Of a stretch of 38,544 bases of DNA, positions 20,476-31,175 are shown piece by piece. Both the position numbers and the translations under genes were made by a program. The stretch is from the NCBI GenBank assembly GCA_040383445.1, contig JBEIDM010000001.1, positions 1-38,544 of the forward strand, written 5' to 3'. This stretch comes from Candidatus Methylopumilus sp. GTDB taxonomy: Bacteria; Pseudomonadota; Gammaproteobacteria; Burkholderiales; Methylophilaceae. The notes beneath the pieces are model-generated. The model had not been told where the DNA came from. It did no database searches and saw only the letters and a program-made list of their open reading frames with translations. How positions within the stretch are numbered: the first letter of the stretch is position 1; each line of letters opens with the position of its first letter.

Positions 20476-23285
20476 AGCATCGCTTTTAGATATTTCCCAG
20501 TGTAACTTTCAGGGCAGTTTGCAACAGTCTCAGGTGTGCCTTGTACAAGCACGGTACCACCGCCATCGCCACCTTCTGGCCCCATATCAATCAGCCAATC
20601 TGCTGTTTTAATCACGTCTAGATTGTGCTCAATAATGACAACAGTATTGCCTGCATCACGAAGTCTATGAATGACATCAAGTAGTAACTGAATATCAGCA
20701 AAGTGCAAACCAGTCGTCGGTTCATCTAGGATATAAAGCGTGCGGCCGGTATCTCGTTTTGAGAGTTCGAGTGCTAATTTCACACGCTGTGCTTCACCAC
20801 CAGAGAGTGTCGTCGCAGATTGTCCAAGCGTAATGTAGCCCAAGCCAACTTCTAATAGTGTTTTAAGTTTTCGTTGGACTACAGGCACCGCATTAAAAAA
20901 CTCATGTGCTTGCTCAACCGTCATCTCTAAAATTTCTCGGATGTTTTTACCTTTGTAATGAATCTCTAAAGTTTCGCGGTTATAGCGCTGACCTTTACAT
21001 ACATCACAAGGCACATACACGTCAGGCAAGAAGTGCATTTCAACACGTAATACACCATCGCCTTGGCAAGCTTCACAGCGTCCACCTTTGACGTTGAATG
21101 AGTAACGACCAGGACCATAACCACGTGCACGACTTTCTGGCACCCCAGCAAATAAATCACGAATCGGGGTAAATAAGCCTGTGTAAGTAGCAGGGTTTGA
21201 ACGTGGTGTTCTGCCAATTGGGCTTTGGTCTACATCAACGACTTTATCGAAAAACTCTAAACCTTCAATGCCATCAAAAGGCGCTGGCTCAGTTGAACTG
21301 CCATATAAATGCTGAGACACAACACGGTATAGCGTGTCATTAATGAGGGTTGATTTTCCTGAACCAGAAACGCCTGTCACGCAAGTTAATAGCCCGACTG
21401 GCAACTCCAATTTAACATCTTTTAAATTGTTACCCGTTGCGTGGAATAAAGAAAGCCAGCGTGCAGGATCTGGTGCATGACGTTTTTTATTATAGGTAAT
21501 CTGTTTTTTACCACTTAAGTATTGGCCAGTAACAGAGTTTGCGTTTTCTTGAATTTCTTTTGGAGTGCCAGCAGCAACGATATTACCGCCATGCTCGCCA
21601 GCACCTGGTCCAATATCGACCACATAATCTGCCGCCATGATGGCGTCTTGATCATGCTCAACCACAATCACGCTGTTTCCAATGTCGCGTAAGCGCATCA
21701 AAGTTTCGAGCAATCGATCATTATCGCGTTGATGTAACCCAATAGATGGTTCATCTAATACATACATCACACCGGTTAAGCCAGAGCCAATTTGCGATGC
21801 TAATCGAATACGTTGCGCCTCACCGCCTGACAATGTTTCTGCTGAACGGGAAAGTGATAAGTACTCCAAACCAACATTGGTGAGGAATTTTAGACGGTTG
21901 CTAATTTCTTTCACAATCTTGTCAGCAATAGCAAGCTTTTGTCCATGCAGTTCAATGTTCTCAAAGAATGTTAGTGCTTGCTTCAAAGGCACTTCACATA
22001 CTTCGTGAATGTTTTTCCCGCCAACTTTTACGTGGCGCGCTTCAGTGCGTAAACGCGTGCCAGCACAGGAGGGGCAAGTTTGTGAGTTTAAGTATTTTGC
22101 GAGTTCTTCACGAACTGTGCTCGAGTCGGTTTCGTGATAACGACGCTGTAGATTATTTAAAATTCCTTCGAAGCTATGTTTCTTTTGGAAGAAAGAACCA
22201 CGTTCATTTAAATATTTAAATGCGATTTCTTCTTTGCCGCTGCCGTTTAATAAAATGTTTTGAATATGCGCAGGCAGTTCTTCAAAAGTTGTCTCTAAAT
22301 CGAAACCGTAATGCTCAGCCAAACTTGAAAGTAATTGGAAGTAAAATTGGTTGCGTTTATCCCAACCCTTAATCGCCCCCGCAGCGAGTGAAAGATGGGG
22401 GAAAGCAACGACACGTTTAGGGTCAAAAAAGCTCATTTGCCCTAAGCCGTCACATTTTGGACAAGCGCCCATTGGGTTATTAAATGAGAATAATCTGGGC
22501 TCTAATTCTGCTAATGAATAATCACATACAGGACATGAAAATTTTGCTGAAAATAAATGTTCTTTGTTAGTGTCCATTTCTACAGCAACTGCTTTGCCTT
22601 CAGCCAAACGTAATGCAGTTTCAAATGACTCAGCGATGCGCTGTTTCATATCCGCGCGGACTTTTAATCTATCGACAACAACATCAACAGAGTGCTTAGT
22701 ATTTTTGGTGAGTGTTGGCGGAGACTCTAATTCATAAGTTTCGCCATCCACACGAACGCGAACAAATCCTTGTGCTTTTAACTCCTCAAATAAATCGACT
22801 TGTTCGCCTTTGCGTTCGCGTACGACAGGCGCCAAAATCATCAGCTTTGTTTCTTCAGGGAGAGCAAGAACACTATCTACCATTTGTGAAACGGTTTGCG
22901 CTTCCAATTTATTGCCATGTTCAGGACACTCGGGGTCGCCGGCACGTGCGTAAAGTAGACGTAAGTAATCGTGAATTTCTGTCACGGTACCCACTGTTGA
23001 ACGTGGATTGTGTGAAGTGGATTTTTGCTCAATAGAAATCGCTGGAGATAAGCCCTCGATTAAATCAACATCAGGTTTATCCATACGCGCCAAGAATTGG
23101 CGAGCGTAAGCTGAAAGTGATTCTACATATCTGCGTTGACCTTCGGCATAAAGCGTATCAAACGCTAATGAAGATTTTCCTGAGCCAGAAAGCCCTGTAA
23201 TCACAATCATTTTGTTTCTTGGTAAATCCAAAGAAACGTTTTTTAGATTGTGCGTACGGGCACCACGAATGCGTATGTATTCCAT
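20472..23285 (-). CDS. uvrA: Excinuclease ABC subunit A
   Basis: [23 protein letters not shown], two LSGGEAQR signatures, zinc-finger CxxC motifs. Confidence 0.98.
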   Translation of the reverse strand: MEYIRIRGARTHNLKNVSLDLPRNKMIVITGLSGSGKSSLAFDTLYAEGQRRYVESLSAYARQFLARMDKPDVDLIEGLSPAISIEQKSTSHNPRSTVGTVTEIHDYLRLLYARAGDPECPEHGNKLEAQTVSQMVDSVLALPEETKLMILAPVVRERKGEQVDLFEELKAQGFVRVRVDGETYELESPPTLTKNTKHSVDVVVDRLKVRADMKQRIAESFETALRLAEGKAVAVEMDTNKEHLFSAKFSCPVCDYSLAELEPRLFSFNNPMGACPKCDGLGQMSFFDPKRVVAFPHLSLAAGAIKGWDKRNQFYFQLLSSLAEHYGFDLETTFEELPAHIQNILLNGSGKEEIAFKYLNERGSFFQKKHSFEGILNNLQRRYHETDSSTVREELAKYLNSQTCPSCAGTRLRTEARHVKVGGKNIHEVCEVPLKQALTFFENIELHGQKLAIADKIVKEISNRLKFLTNVGLEYLSLSRSAETLSGGEAQRIRLASQIGSGLTGVMYVLDEPSIGLHQRDNDRLLETLMRLRDIGNSVIVVEHDQDAIMAADYVVDIGPGAGEHGGNIVAAGTPKEIQENANSVTGQYLSGKKQITYNKKRHAPDPARWLSLFHATGNNLKDVKLELPVGLLTCVTGVSGSGKSTLINDTLYRVVSQHLYGSSTEPAPFDGIEGLEFFDKVVDVDQSPIGRTPRSNPATYTGLFTPIRDLFAGVPESRARGYGPGRYSFNVKGGRCEACQGDGVLRVEMHFLPDVYVPCDVCKGQRYNRETLEIHYKGKNIREILEMTVEQAHEFFNAVPVVQRKLKTLLEVGLGYITLGQSATTLSGGEAQRVKLALELSKRDTGRTLYILDEPTTGLHFADIQLLLDVIHRLRDAGNTVVIIEHNLDVIKTADWLIDMGPEGGDGGGTVLVQGTPETVANCPESYTGKYLKAML

Positions 23286-23428
23286 TGATATTTTTGAACC
23301 TAAATTAATTAACTTATTTAAAACATCACCTTATTAGGTATCGCTTCAGAAGTCTTTTTACACGCCCCGCATGAAAGCCGGGCAACCTGTTAATATACGC
23401 AATTTACGGCTTTAAGTTAATCTATTTC

Positions 23429-24829
23429 ATGTCATCAGCATCAATGTCATCAAAAACTAACATAGAAAAAATGTCCGCTATTGAATTGCGTGCAAGTACA
23501 AGTCTTGCATCTATTTACGGTTTGCGGATGTTGGGTATGTTTCTAATCCTACCTATCTTTGCTATTTATGCATCAACGTTGCCAGGTGGTGATAGCCAAT
23601 TAATGATTGGTTTGGCATTGGGCGCTTATGGCCTTACACAAGCAATTTTTCAATTACCCTTCGGTATGGCTTCTGATCGTTTTGGTCGTAAGCGCGTCAT
23701 TTATGTGGGCTTGGTTTTATTTGCAATTGGTAGTCTAGTCGCTGGTTTAGCAGATGATTTAAGCACAATTATTTTAGGTCGCAGTATTCAAGGTGCTGGT
23801 GCAGTTTCTGCTGCCGTAACAGCACTAGCCGCAGACTTAACCCGTGAAGAGCATCGCACTAAGGCCATGGCCATGATAGGCACAACGATTGGGATTACTT
23901 TTGCCTTGTCGCTTATTCTTGGCCCAGTGCTGAATCAATGGATAGGTGTGCCAGGTATTTTCTTGCTGACAGGTGCGTTGGCATCGGCTGCAATTTTTGT
24001 GGTGAAGTATGTGGTGCCTGATCCTGTTAGCAGTCATTTCCATTCTGACGCCCAAGCACAAACAGGTAAGTTAAAAGAAGTGCTGAAAGATAATCAGTTA
24101 TTACGTTTGAATTTTGGAATTTTTGCTTTGCATGCAGCGCAAATGGCCATGTTTGTTGTTGTGCCTTTTGCCATCAATCAATCAAGCAATTTAACTACCA
24201 ATCAACATTGGCTGATTTATCTTCCAGTACTTTTGCTATCTTTTGTGCTGATGGTGCCTGCCATTATTATTGGTGAAAAACGTGCAAAATTAAAACAAGT
24301 GTTTGTTGGTGCGATTGCTTTGATGTTGGGCGCACAATTATTGTTCGCTTTTTCAATCGCTCATTTCTGGGGCATCGTATTTTCATTGGGTGCATATTTC
24401 ATTGCCTTTAATATTTTAGAAGCGACACTTCCATCAATTATCAGCAAAATTGCACCGGCCGCGTCTAAAGGCACTGCGATTGGCGTTTATAACACTACGC
24501 AATCACTCGGTGTTTTTGTGGGCGGTACTGCAGGCGGTTATTTGGCACATCAATATGGCAATTCAATGGTGTTTGTTTTTTGCAGTGTATTAATGGGCTT
24601 ATGGTTAATATTTGCATTGAGTATGAAAAAGCCACCCGCAGTTAAGAGTAAAATGTATCATCTTAAAAAAATCAGTGCTGACCAAGCTAAAAAATTAGCA
24701 GTCGCATTGAGTGGTTTAAAAGGTGTCCGCGAAACAGTCGTGTTAGCCGAAGAAGGTGTAGCGATTTTAAAAGTGGATATGCAGCAAGATTGGGACGAAG
24801 CTGCCGTGCTGAAATTAATAGGAGAGTAA
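23429..24829 (+). CDS. yajR: MFS transporter, YajR-like (with C-terminal soluble extension)
   Basis: LRMLGMFLILP, GMASDRFGRKRV MFS motif A, many hydrophobic segments; uvrA/MFS/ssb arrangement. Confidence 0.85.
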   Translation: MSSASMSSKTNIEKMSAIELRASTSLASIYGLRMLGMFLILPIFAIYASTLPGGDSQLMIGLALGAYGLTQAIFQLPFGMASDRFGRKRVIYVGLVLFAIGSLVAGLADDLSTIILGRSIQGAGAVSAAVTALAADLTREEHRTKAMAMIGTTIGITFALSLILGPVLNQWIGVPGIFLLTGALASAAIFVVKYVVPDPVSSHFHSDAQAQTGKLKEVLKDNQLLRLNFGIFALHAAQMAMFVVVPFAINQSSNLTTNQHWLIYLPVLLLSFVLMVPAIIIGEKRAKLKQVFVGAIALMLGAQLLFAFSIAHFWGIVFSLGAYFIAFNILEATLPSIISKIAPAASKGTAIGVYNTTQSLGVFVGGTAGGYLAHQYGNSMVFVFCSVLMGLWLIFALSMKKPPAVKSKMYHLKKISADQAKKLAVALSGLKGVRETVVLAEEGVAILKVDMQQDWDEAAVLKLIGE

Positions 24830-24832
24830 AAA

Positions 24833-25321
24833 ATGGCATCAGTGAATAAAGTGATTTTAGTAGGTAATCTAGGCCGCGACCCAGAAATGCGCTATATGCC
24901 TAATGGTGAAGCAGTTTGTAATTTCAGTATCGCAACAACAGATAGCTGGAAAGACAAAAGCGGTCAAAAACAAGAGCGTACTGAATGGCACAATATTGTG
25001 ATGTATCGCAAGCTCGCCGAAATTGCTGGTGAATATCTTAAAAAAGGTCGTCCTGTTTATGTAGAGGGTCGTTTGCAAACGCGCAAATGGCAAACTAAAG
25101 AAGGCCAAGATCGTTACACAACAGAAATTATTGCTGACCAAATGCAAATGTTGGGTGGCCGTGATGGTGGCGGTAGCAATACTTATGAAGTGATGGATGA
25201 AGATCAAAGCATGCAGTCACGTCCTCAGCAAAGCGCTGCACGTCCTGCACAATCAGCACCAGCTTCAGCGCCTGCTAGCGGTGGTGATTTTGATGCGTTT
25301 GAGGATGATATTCCGTTCTAA
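24833..25321 (+). CDS. ssb: Single-stranded DNA-binding protein
   Basis: [25 protein letters not shown], acidic tail DDIPF. Confidence 0.98.
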   Translation: MASVNKVILVGNLGRDPEMRYMPNGEAVCNFSIATTDSWKDKSGQKQERTEWHNIVMYRKLAEIAGEYLKKGRPVYVEGRLQTRKWQTKEGQDRYTTEIIADQMQMLGGRDGGGSNTYEVMDEDQSMQSRPQQSAARPAQSAPASAPASGGDFDAFEDDIPF

Positions 25322-25337
25322 GTGTTGGAATTGAATT

Positions 25338-25372
25338 AATAAAAAAGCCCGCAATCAGCGGGCTTTTTTATT
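25338..25372. terminator. Bidirectional terminator between ssb and the TolC-family gene
   Basis: AATAAAAAAGCCCGC-AATCA-GCGGGCTTTTTTATT; overlaps the TolC-gene stop codon. Confidence 0.9.
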
Positions 25373-27167
25373 TAAAGTCTAAATTGCTATAACCCAGCAC
25401 CGTGCCGGTAGCATAAGCAGTATCAATGATTGAAACTTGATAATCGCTGACGGCACGCACTTCTTTAATTTGCGCTTCACCAAGTCTTGTCAGCGTTTCT
25501 AAGACTTCGGTCATTGTTCTTATACCTTCGTTAAATTGCTTGAGTTCGGCCTCGTAGTTGAGGCCAGCAATCACAACTTGTTGTCTTGCAGCGAGAATGC
25601 GCTGCCAGTTATTTTCAACTTGGTCGAGCGCATCATAAATTTCTTTTTTAACAGTTAATGTTTGTAGCTGTTTGGTCGCAAGTCTTTTGTTTCTTTGTTG
25701 GACGGCATATTCAAGGCGTGCTTTATTTGCCTCATTAGTGAATGGCATTTCAAAACTAAGGCCAATAGACCAGTCGTTAAATTGTCCGTTGAGAATGTTT
25801 TGATAACTATTACCAAAGTTATTGGCGGTAGATGACAATGCGCCATATTGATAATCTAAACTAAATAAAGGAAGTGTTTGATTTTCATAATATTGAATAT
25901 TAACGGCATCCGCAGCTAATTTAAGCTCTAGTTCGAGAAGCTCTAATCTTCCATTGAGTGCTTCGTTCAATAGTTTCTCACGATCAAATTCGTAACGGAC
26001 TAAATTTGGTTCGGTGATGGTATTGATGATGTTGGGTTGTCGATCTTCTTTTTACATGTCATTCATAAAAAAACGAAGTTGACGCTGTGCAAGTTTCAGA
26101 TTGGTCTCTGCAATAATCAAAGCTTCCATTCTGTCGGCCACACCGATTTCAGCTCTGTTGAGTTCAATAGCGGCTGTAAGTCCCTCGCTTACCCTACGTT
26201 TCACCATGTTCAGATTTTGGATGGCGAGTTGGTATTGTTGTTTTCTAACGTCTAGTTGCGCCCAGGCTTCGTATAAGCTCCAATAAGATTTATCGGTGAG
26301 TGCGATAATTCGAATGGCTTGAAGTTTTGTTTTAAGTTGAACCGCTTGTTTATCAAACTCGGCAACGCGGATGCTTGCTTCGTTTACATCTCGGCCAGCG
26401 TTACGAAGTAGAGGCTGACTGATTGAGAAACGTAATGCACTTCGATATTCTTCAGTATTAAATGCCCCACCATTTTTTTTACTTTCTAATGGTGAGCTTA
26501 GCGTCACTGAACCACCTGTTCGGAGTGGAACCCTAACGCCTGCGGCAATATCGACTGAGCGAATATTCTGTTCTAGCGTGGTGAGTTTGGCCTCTTGCCC
26601 ATTGATTGAATCTTTGGATGTAAAGGAGACGTTATCTTCTGATATTTGAGGAGTATCTCGGTTGGTTTGTCTTGCATAAGCAAAAATGATGTTATCAAAC
26701 TTCGCTTGTTCTTGCCTGAGCGTTGCTCCTGCAATCGCTGGGTCAATTCTAGCAACCTCAATGCTGAGATTATTTTTAAGTGCTTTCGTTCTAATATCTG
26801 CAATGCTAAATGCATTTGCTAGGTTTTTATCGAACACTGATTCTGCCAGCGAGTTTTTATCTGTCTCTTCTATCGCTTGCTTTAAATCTATTCTTATTTT
26901 TTGTGTTTGTTTTTCTTTTTTTTGTTGGTACTCATCTAAGGATTTTTTTAAATCTGTTGCTGGCCCTTTAGAATAATCTTCAGGCTTAAAACCATTAGTC
27001 TGTTCAAGTGCTGCATTGGCTTTTTGTTGTGCGATTTTTGTAGCACTTTGTTCTACAGTTTCAGCGTGACTTAACACATGACTAAAAAATAAAGCTGCGC
27101 AGACTAAGGGAAATAAAGGGCTAATGTAGGGATTAGCTGTCAGTTTTTTAACGTATGACTTCATCAT
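25368..27167 (-). pseudogene. TolC-family outer membrane factor (599 codons) interrupted by one in-frame TAA at 26052-26054 (real nonsense mutation or base error)
   Basis: ORFs 26052-27167 and 25368-25970 share a frame and are joined by an open 27-codon spacer (KEDRQPNIINTITEPNLVRYEFDREKL); signal peptide, ISQPLLRNAG and helical OEP-like repeats. Confidence 0.8.
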
Positions 27168-28480
27168 TTTTTGTTTTGTGTAATGCCTTTAGCATGTTCA
27201 GAGTCGACAGGAATTCTAGGCGGGAAGCCGTTAAATATCCGCCATAACTCGTAACCAATGCTGACGTTTTGAAGCATGATCCAGCCTTTAGTACTTATGC
27301 CTTGTCTTAAAAAGCGTGCTTGTGGCCAAGTTTGCTCTTCAGGGTCTGGTATGACCATGACTCTAAAATTACCTGTACCGTTATCAACAGGATCTACAAA
27401 TGCTACGCGGCCACCAAATGTTCCGACACGCACTTTTGCCCAGCCTGGGACTTGTAATGCTGGCCATCCTTCAAACTCCAATCGGACCTTACTATTTTTA
27501 GAAATCAGGGGCGCATCTCGGCCATCGACCATAAGCTCAACCGCAGGTGCGTTGGTGCTTGGCTGGATCACTAAAAGAGGTTGGCCTTGAGTGACGATTT
27601 GTGATGAGGAATTAAATGGCAAGCGAAACACAACGCCATCGCGTGGCGCCAGCACCTTTTGGGTATCTTGACGTGATAGTGAAATTTCGGAGCTGGTCAG
27701 CGAGTTTTCAGAATCCATGACTTCCGCATAAATCTTATTGATCACAGCAGTAGTCGATTCTAAATCAGCTTGAGTATCGGACTGAATTTGACGGATGTCA
27801 GCACTTGCCGACTTTGTTTCAGCAAGTGCTGATTGATGCTGTGCTTGAGCACTGCCAAAGTTTCGCTTGGCAACTTCATAGTCGCGTTCCGCGACCTCTG
27901 CATCACGCTTTGAAACCAATCCATCTTCAAGCAAGCGTTGTAAACGTTTTACTTGAAATTGCGCAGTATCTAAAGTTGCTTGAGCTGAACTCATGGCTTC
28001 AGATGCCGCGCGAATTTTTTGTTCAGCAACGTCTCGTCTAAATTGGGCTGCAGATATTTTGGCATCTCTGGCTATTCTGAGATTTTTTTGTTGCATTTGA
28101 TAAGACTTCAGTTCGTCTTTTTTTGCCTGTAATCTGCTTGATAAATTATCGCGTTGTGATTCGATGCGTGTTTTAAACTTTGGGTCAATGTCACGCATTT
28201 CTAATAACAAATCTCCGGCTTTGACTGTCGACGCCTCTTGAACATGCCACTGTGCAATCATTCCCTGAATTGGCGCATCAATGGTTTGCACCCTTTCAAA
28301 AGGAGCAAAAGCAGTCACTTTACCAAGTGCAGTAATATTTTGTTGCCAAGGTAAAAACAAGGCAAAAACAGGAATAATAAAGAATACCCAAACTAAAATT
28401 TTAAAAAATCGATTTACGATTTCAGGCGTTTCACCAAGTCGAAGTGTTGGCTCGAAAAGATGTTTTTTGTTTTTATGCAT
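27164..28480 (-). CDS. HlyD-family membrane fusion (periplasmic adaptor) protein
   Basis: Single N-terminal TM helix, lipoyl-like halves (IDAPIQG..VKAGDLLL; VLAPRDGVV..VTQGQPLL), long coiled coil; ATG 28480 overlaps the ABC stop. Confidence 0.9.
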   Translation of the reverse strand: MHKNKKHLFEPTLRLGETPEIVNRFFKILVWVFFIIPVFALFLPWQQNITALGKVTAFAPFERVQTIDAPIQGMIAQWHVQEASTVKAGDLLLEMRDIDPKFKTRIESQRDNLSSRLQAKKDELKSYQMQQKNLRIARDAKISAAQFRRDVAEQKIRAASEAMSSAQATLDTAQFQVKRLQRLLEDGLVSKRDAEVAERDYEVAKRNFGSAQAQHQSALAETKSASADIRQIQSDTQADLESTTAVINKIYAEVMDSENSLTSSEISLSRQDTQKVLAPRDGVVFRLPFNSSSQIVTQGQPLLVIQPSTNAPAVELMVDGRDAPLISKNSKVRLEFEGWPALQVPGWAKVRVGTFGGRVAFVDPVDNGTGNFRVMVIPDPEEQTWPQARFLRQGISTKGWIMLQNVSIGYELWRIFNGFPPRIPVDSEHAKGITQNKK

Positions 28481-30116
28481 TTTGTTGCTCAACTTGATTT
28501 AGGTTTACTGTTTTGTCAAAACGTTTTGCAATGTGCTCAAAGCGAGTAGTGACTATCAACATCCATTCTTCCTGATGTTGTTTAAACATATTCATGACAG
28601 CGTCTAACTCTACTTCGTTAAAGCCATCAAGCAGCCCATCAATAATCATGATTCCAGGGCTTGCAATGCTCGCTCTGGAAATCATTAAAAGCTTCAATTG
28701 ACTACTTGATAGCGGTGAGCCTGAGGCCATAATAGGGGTTTCGATTCCAGCTGAGAAACGACTGAAGTCATCTGCCAAGCCAAGTTCTTTAATCATCGTA
28801 TTGATTTTTGTCAGTGGGATTTCACGGCCAAGGCAAATGTTTTCTAATATAGTGCCATGGGCAATTTCAATGTTTTCTGCAAGCCCCATCAAGTTTCTTA
28901 CGGCGTCATTGTTAATCTGTCTAAGATCGATTTGATTAATAGAAATATGCCCAGCACTTGGAGTACGTAGTTTGGCGATTAGTTTTATTAGGGTCGATTT
29001 GCCTGAACCTGGTTCTCCAAGAATAGCTAAGCTTTCTCCTTTTTTTAAATCAAAATTAATATTTTTGAGAGGTTGAATGTATCGGTTGTAGGCAAAATCG
29101 ACACCCACTACTTTTAGTGAGTCTAGTTCAAGTTGGTCTACTCCATTGTTGCCACTATGTTCTTGTGGAATGTCTTCAAGGACTCCAATTTTGTCCAAAG
29201 CAGCAAGTAGATCATAAAAGTAATCAAGTTTATTAACCAAGCGAACGAGGGCGGTTAACACTCCAAAAATAATCAGCTCTGCTGCGACAAACTGACCGAG
29301 ATTAATTTCGCCTTTGATAACTAAGCCACCACCAAGCGCTAAAAGCCCGGTTCCCCCAATTGCATAAATTAAGGCAACACTGATGTTTTGCCAAAGCAAA
29401 ATATTGAAATGCTTAGTGCGTGTTTGAATGTAATGATTGATATGTTGGTGCGTCTGTTTTGCTGCGCGCTCCTCACCTTGATAAAACTTAAAGGCAAATA
29501 TATTTTTTGCAATATTTTCTAACCAAGAAGCCATTTCAAATTTAGCTTTAGATTCTTTGATGGCAGTTTCAGTGGCATGACGGCCGACAGAGCGGACAAT
29601 AAAGAACAAAAAGCCAATGATGACAAAAATAAACAAAGAGAAAAATGCGCTATAAAAGATCAGGATTAGACTGCCGATCAGTATTTGCAGTAAGGAAGTT
29701 AAACCCATCGTTAAAAGGGTTGCGGCGGATTTTTGTACTGTGCTGACATCAAAAAAGCGATTGATCAGTTCAACCGGATTTTCACGGTCATAAAGACTAA
29801 TTTCAACACCTCTTGCATTTTGTGCTGTTTGAATTGCGGTGCGAATAAATATTCTGCGTTGAATGAGTTCAACAATGTAGGACTCAAATACGTACAAGGC
29901 CCCTGATAGCAAGAGGAGTAAGAAAAGAATAAGGCTGACAATAAAAAGTGGCTGAAGTACAGAACCCATGGTGACGATGTTGACTAATGCCTGGACAGAA
30001 ACTGGGGTGGCTATACTGATTAATCCATAACCAAAAATAAGTACTGGCAAGATTTTTAAGTCGTGCTTTTCAAGCTTTAGTAGATTAATTAATCTTGATA
30101 TTGGGCTGAGTGTCAT
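28473..30116 (-). CDS. Type I secretion-like ABC exporter (TMD+NBD, no peptidase domain) with a degenerate nucleotide-binding domain
   Basis: Multi-TM N-terminal domain (GEINLGQFVAAELII); Walker A GEPGSGKS; LSSSQ, IMIIDG and IVTTR in place of LSGGQ, hhhhDE and the H-loop. Confidence 0.88.
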   Translation of the reverse strand: MTLSPISRLINLLKLEKHDLKILPVLIFGYGLISIATPVSVQALVNIVTMGSVLQPLFIVSLILFLLLLLSGALYVFESYIVELIQRRIFIRTAIQTAQNARGVEISLYDRENPVELINRFFDVSTVQKSAATLLTMGLTSLLQILIGSLILIFYSAFFSLFIFVIIGFLFFIVRSVGRHATETAIKESKAKFEMASWLENIAKNIFAFKFYQGEERAAKQTHQHINHYIQTRTKHFNILLWQNISVALIYAIGGTGLLALGGGLVIKGEINLGQFVAAELIIFGVLTALVRLVNKLDYFYDLLAALDKIGVLEDIPQEHSGNNGVDQLELDSLKVVGVDFAYNRYIQPLKNINFDLKKGESLAILGEPGSGKSTLIKLIAKLRTPSAGHISINQIDLRQINNDAVRNLMGLAENIEIAHGTILENICLGREIPLTKINTMIKELGLADDFSRFSAGIETPIMASGSPLSSSQLKLLMISRASIASPGIMIIDGLLDGFNEVELDAVMNMFKQHQEEWMLIVTTRFEHIAKRFDKTVNLNQVEQQNA

Positions 30117-30144
30117 CGTGTTTCGTTTCTTTGATGGTACTTAT

Positions 30145-31059
30145 TTAATTTTTAGATGATAAATAGTTATTTAAAATTTCATCGTCTTCACGTTCAAACA
30201 ATTTGTTAAATAAATCAGATTCAATATGTCTTTCCATATGAACCGCATAAAAATGTTCAAATAAGTTAGGTATCGTGCAGTACTCCTGCAATGATCCATT
30301 TTTTATTTCATCTTGCACGACAACTTTTGGCATGAGTGCGATACATGCTGAATCTCGAATTAATAAGCGCAACGCTGGCATATCGTTAATTTCCGCCATG
30401 ATTTCGTAATTTAAACTATTTTCATCGCAATAGGTATCAAACATTGCGCGCACCTCTGTGCCATGACCTGGTAAAAGAAGCTGATGTTTTTCTAAATCTA
30501 ATTTGATATCAAATTCTTCGTCTTCAGGGCGCGGTTGTCCTATGATACTTAATTGTTGTTTGGCAATTTCTCGCGTTTTAAAAGGATTATTCACGCTAAT
30601 GATTGGTCTATGATTGCTTAGCATGATATCGAGTTGGTATTTTGCTAATTTATTAAGCAATTCAGTTTGATTGCCAGAGTCTATGACAAGCTCAATATCC
30701 TGATGCGCTAATAGTGGGCGAATGAAGTTTTCAACAAAGTTTCTGGATAATGACGAAACAATGCCAACTCTAAATGTTTTTTTATTTTTTTTGTTATGTC
30801 TTAGGACGCTGGTGAGTTCATTGCCTAAGCTAAATATCTTGTTAGCGTATTCAAGCGTCACTTGCCCTGCTTCAGTCAGCTTTAATGCTCTGCCTTCACG
30901 ATCAAATAACTCAGTATCTAAATGATGTTCAAGCTTTTTGAGTTGGGTAGATAGCGCTGATTGAGATACTAACAAAATCCGAGCTGCCTTCACGAGATTG
31001 CCTTCGTTCGCAATAACCCAGAAATAATAAAGATGGTTGTAATTTAGTTTTTGCATCAT
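30145..31059 (-). CDS. LysR-type transcriptional regulator, NhaR-like subfamily
   Basis: LNYNHLYYFW..EG..AA..L.VSQSALSTQLKKLE wHTH, LTEAG; 304 aa. Confidence 0.92.
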   Translation of the reverse strand: MMQKLNYNHLYYFWVIANEGNLVKAARILLVSQSALSTQLKKLEHHLDTELFDREGRALKLTEAGQVTLEYANKIFSLGNELTSVLRHNKKNKKTFRVGIVSSLSRNFVENFIRPLLAHQDIELVIDSGNQTELLNKLAKYQLDIMLSNHRPIISVNNPFKTREIAKQQLSIIGQPRPEDEEFDIKLDLEKHQLLLPGHGTEVRAMFDTYCDENSLNYEIMAEINDMPALRLLIRDSACIALMPKVVVQDEIKNGSLQEYCTIPNLFEHFYAVHMERHIESDLFNKLFEREDDEILNNYLSSKN

Positions 31060-31065
31060 TTGTTT

Positions 31066-31111
31066 ATTCTCTTTAAAAGAATTAAAAATATTTAATATCT
31101 ATTTTACAGAA
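31066..31111. promoter_or_regulatory. Two tandem LysR boxes (T-N11-A) in the divergent lysR/sbtA intergenic region
   Basis: ATTCT-N7-AGAAT (31066-31082) and TCT-N7-AGA (31098-31110), cores 30 bp apart. Confidence 0.7.
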
Positions 31112-31175
31112 CATTCAGAATATAAGACAATAAAAAAGTTCATGATGTTTTAAAAAAATTGAAGAAATATAAAAA

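Noticed and set aside
23380-23405. LexA box upstream of uvrA (CTGTTAATATACGCAA)
   Set aside because: The right half does not match CTGT-N8-ACAG
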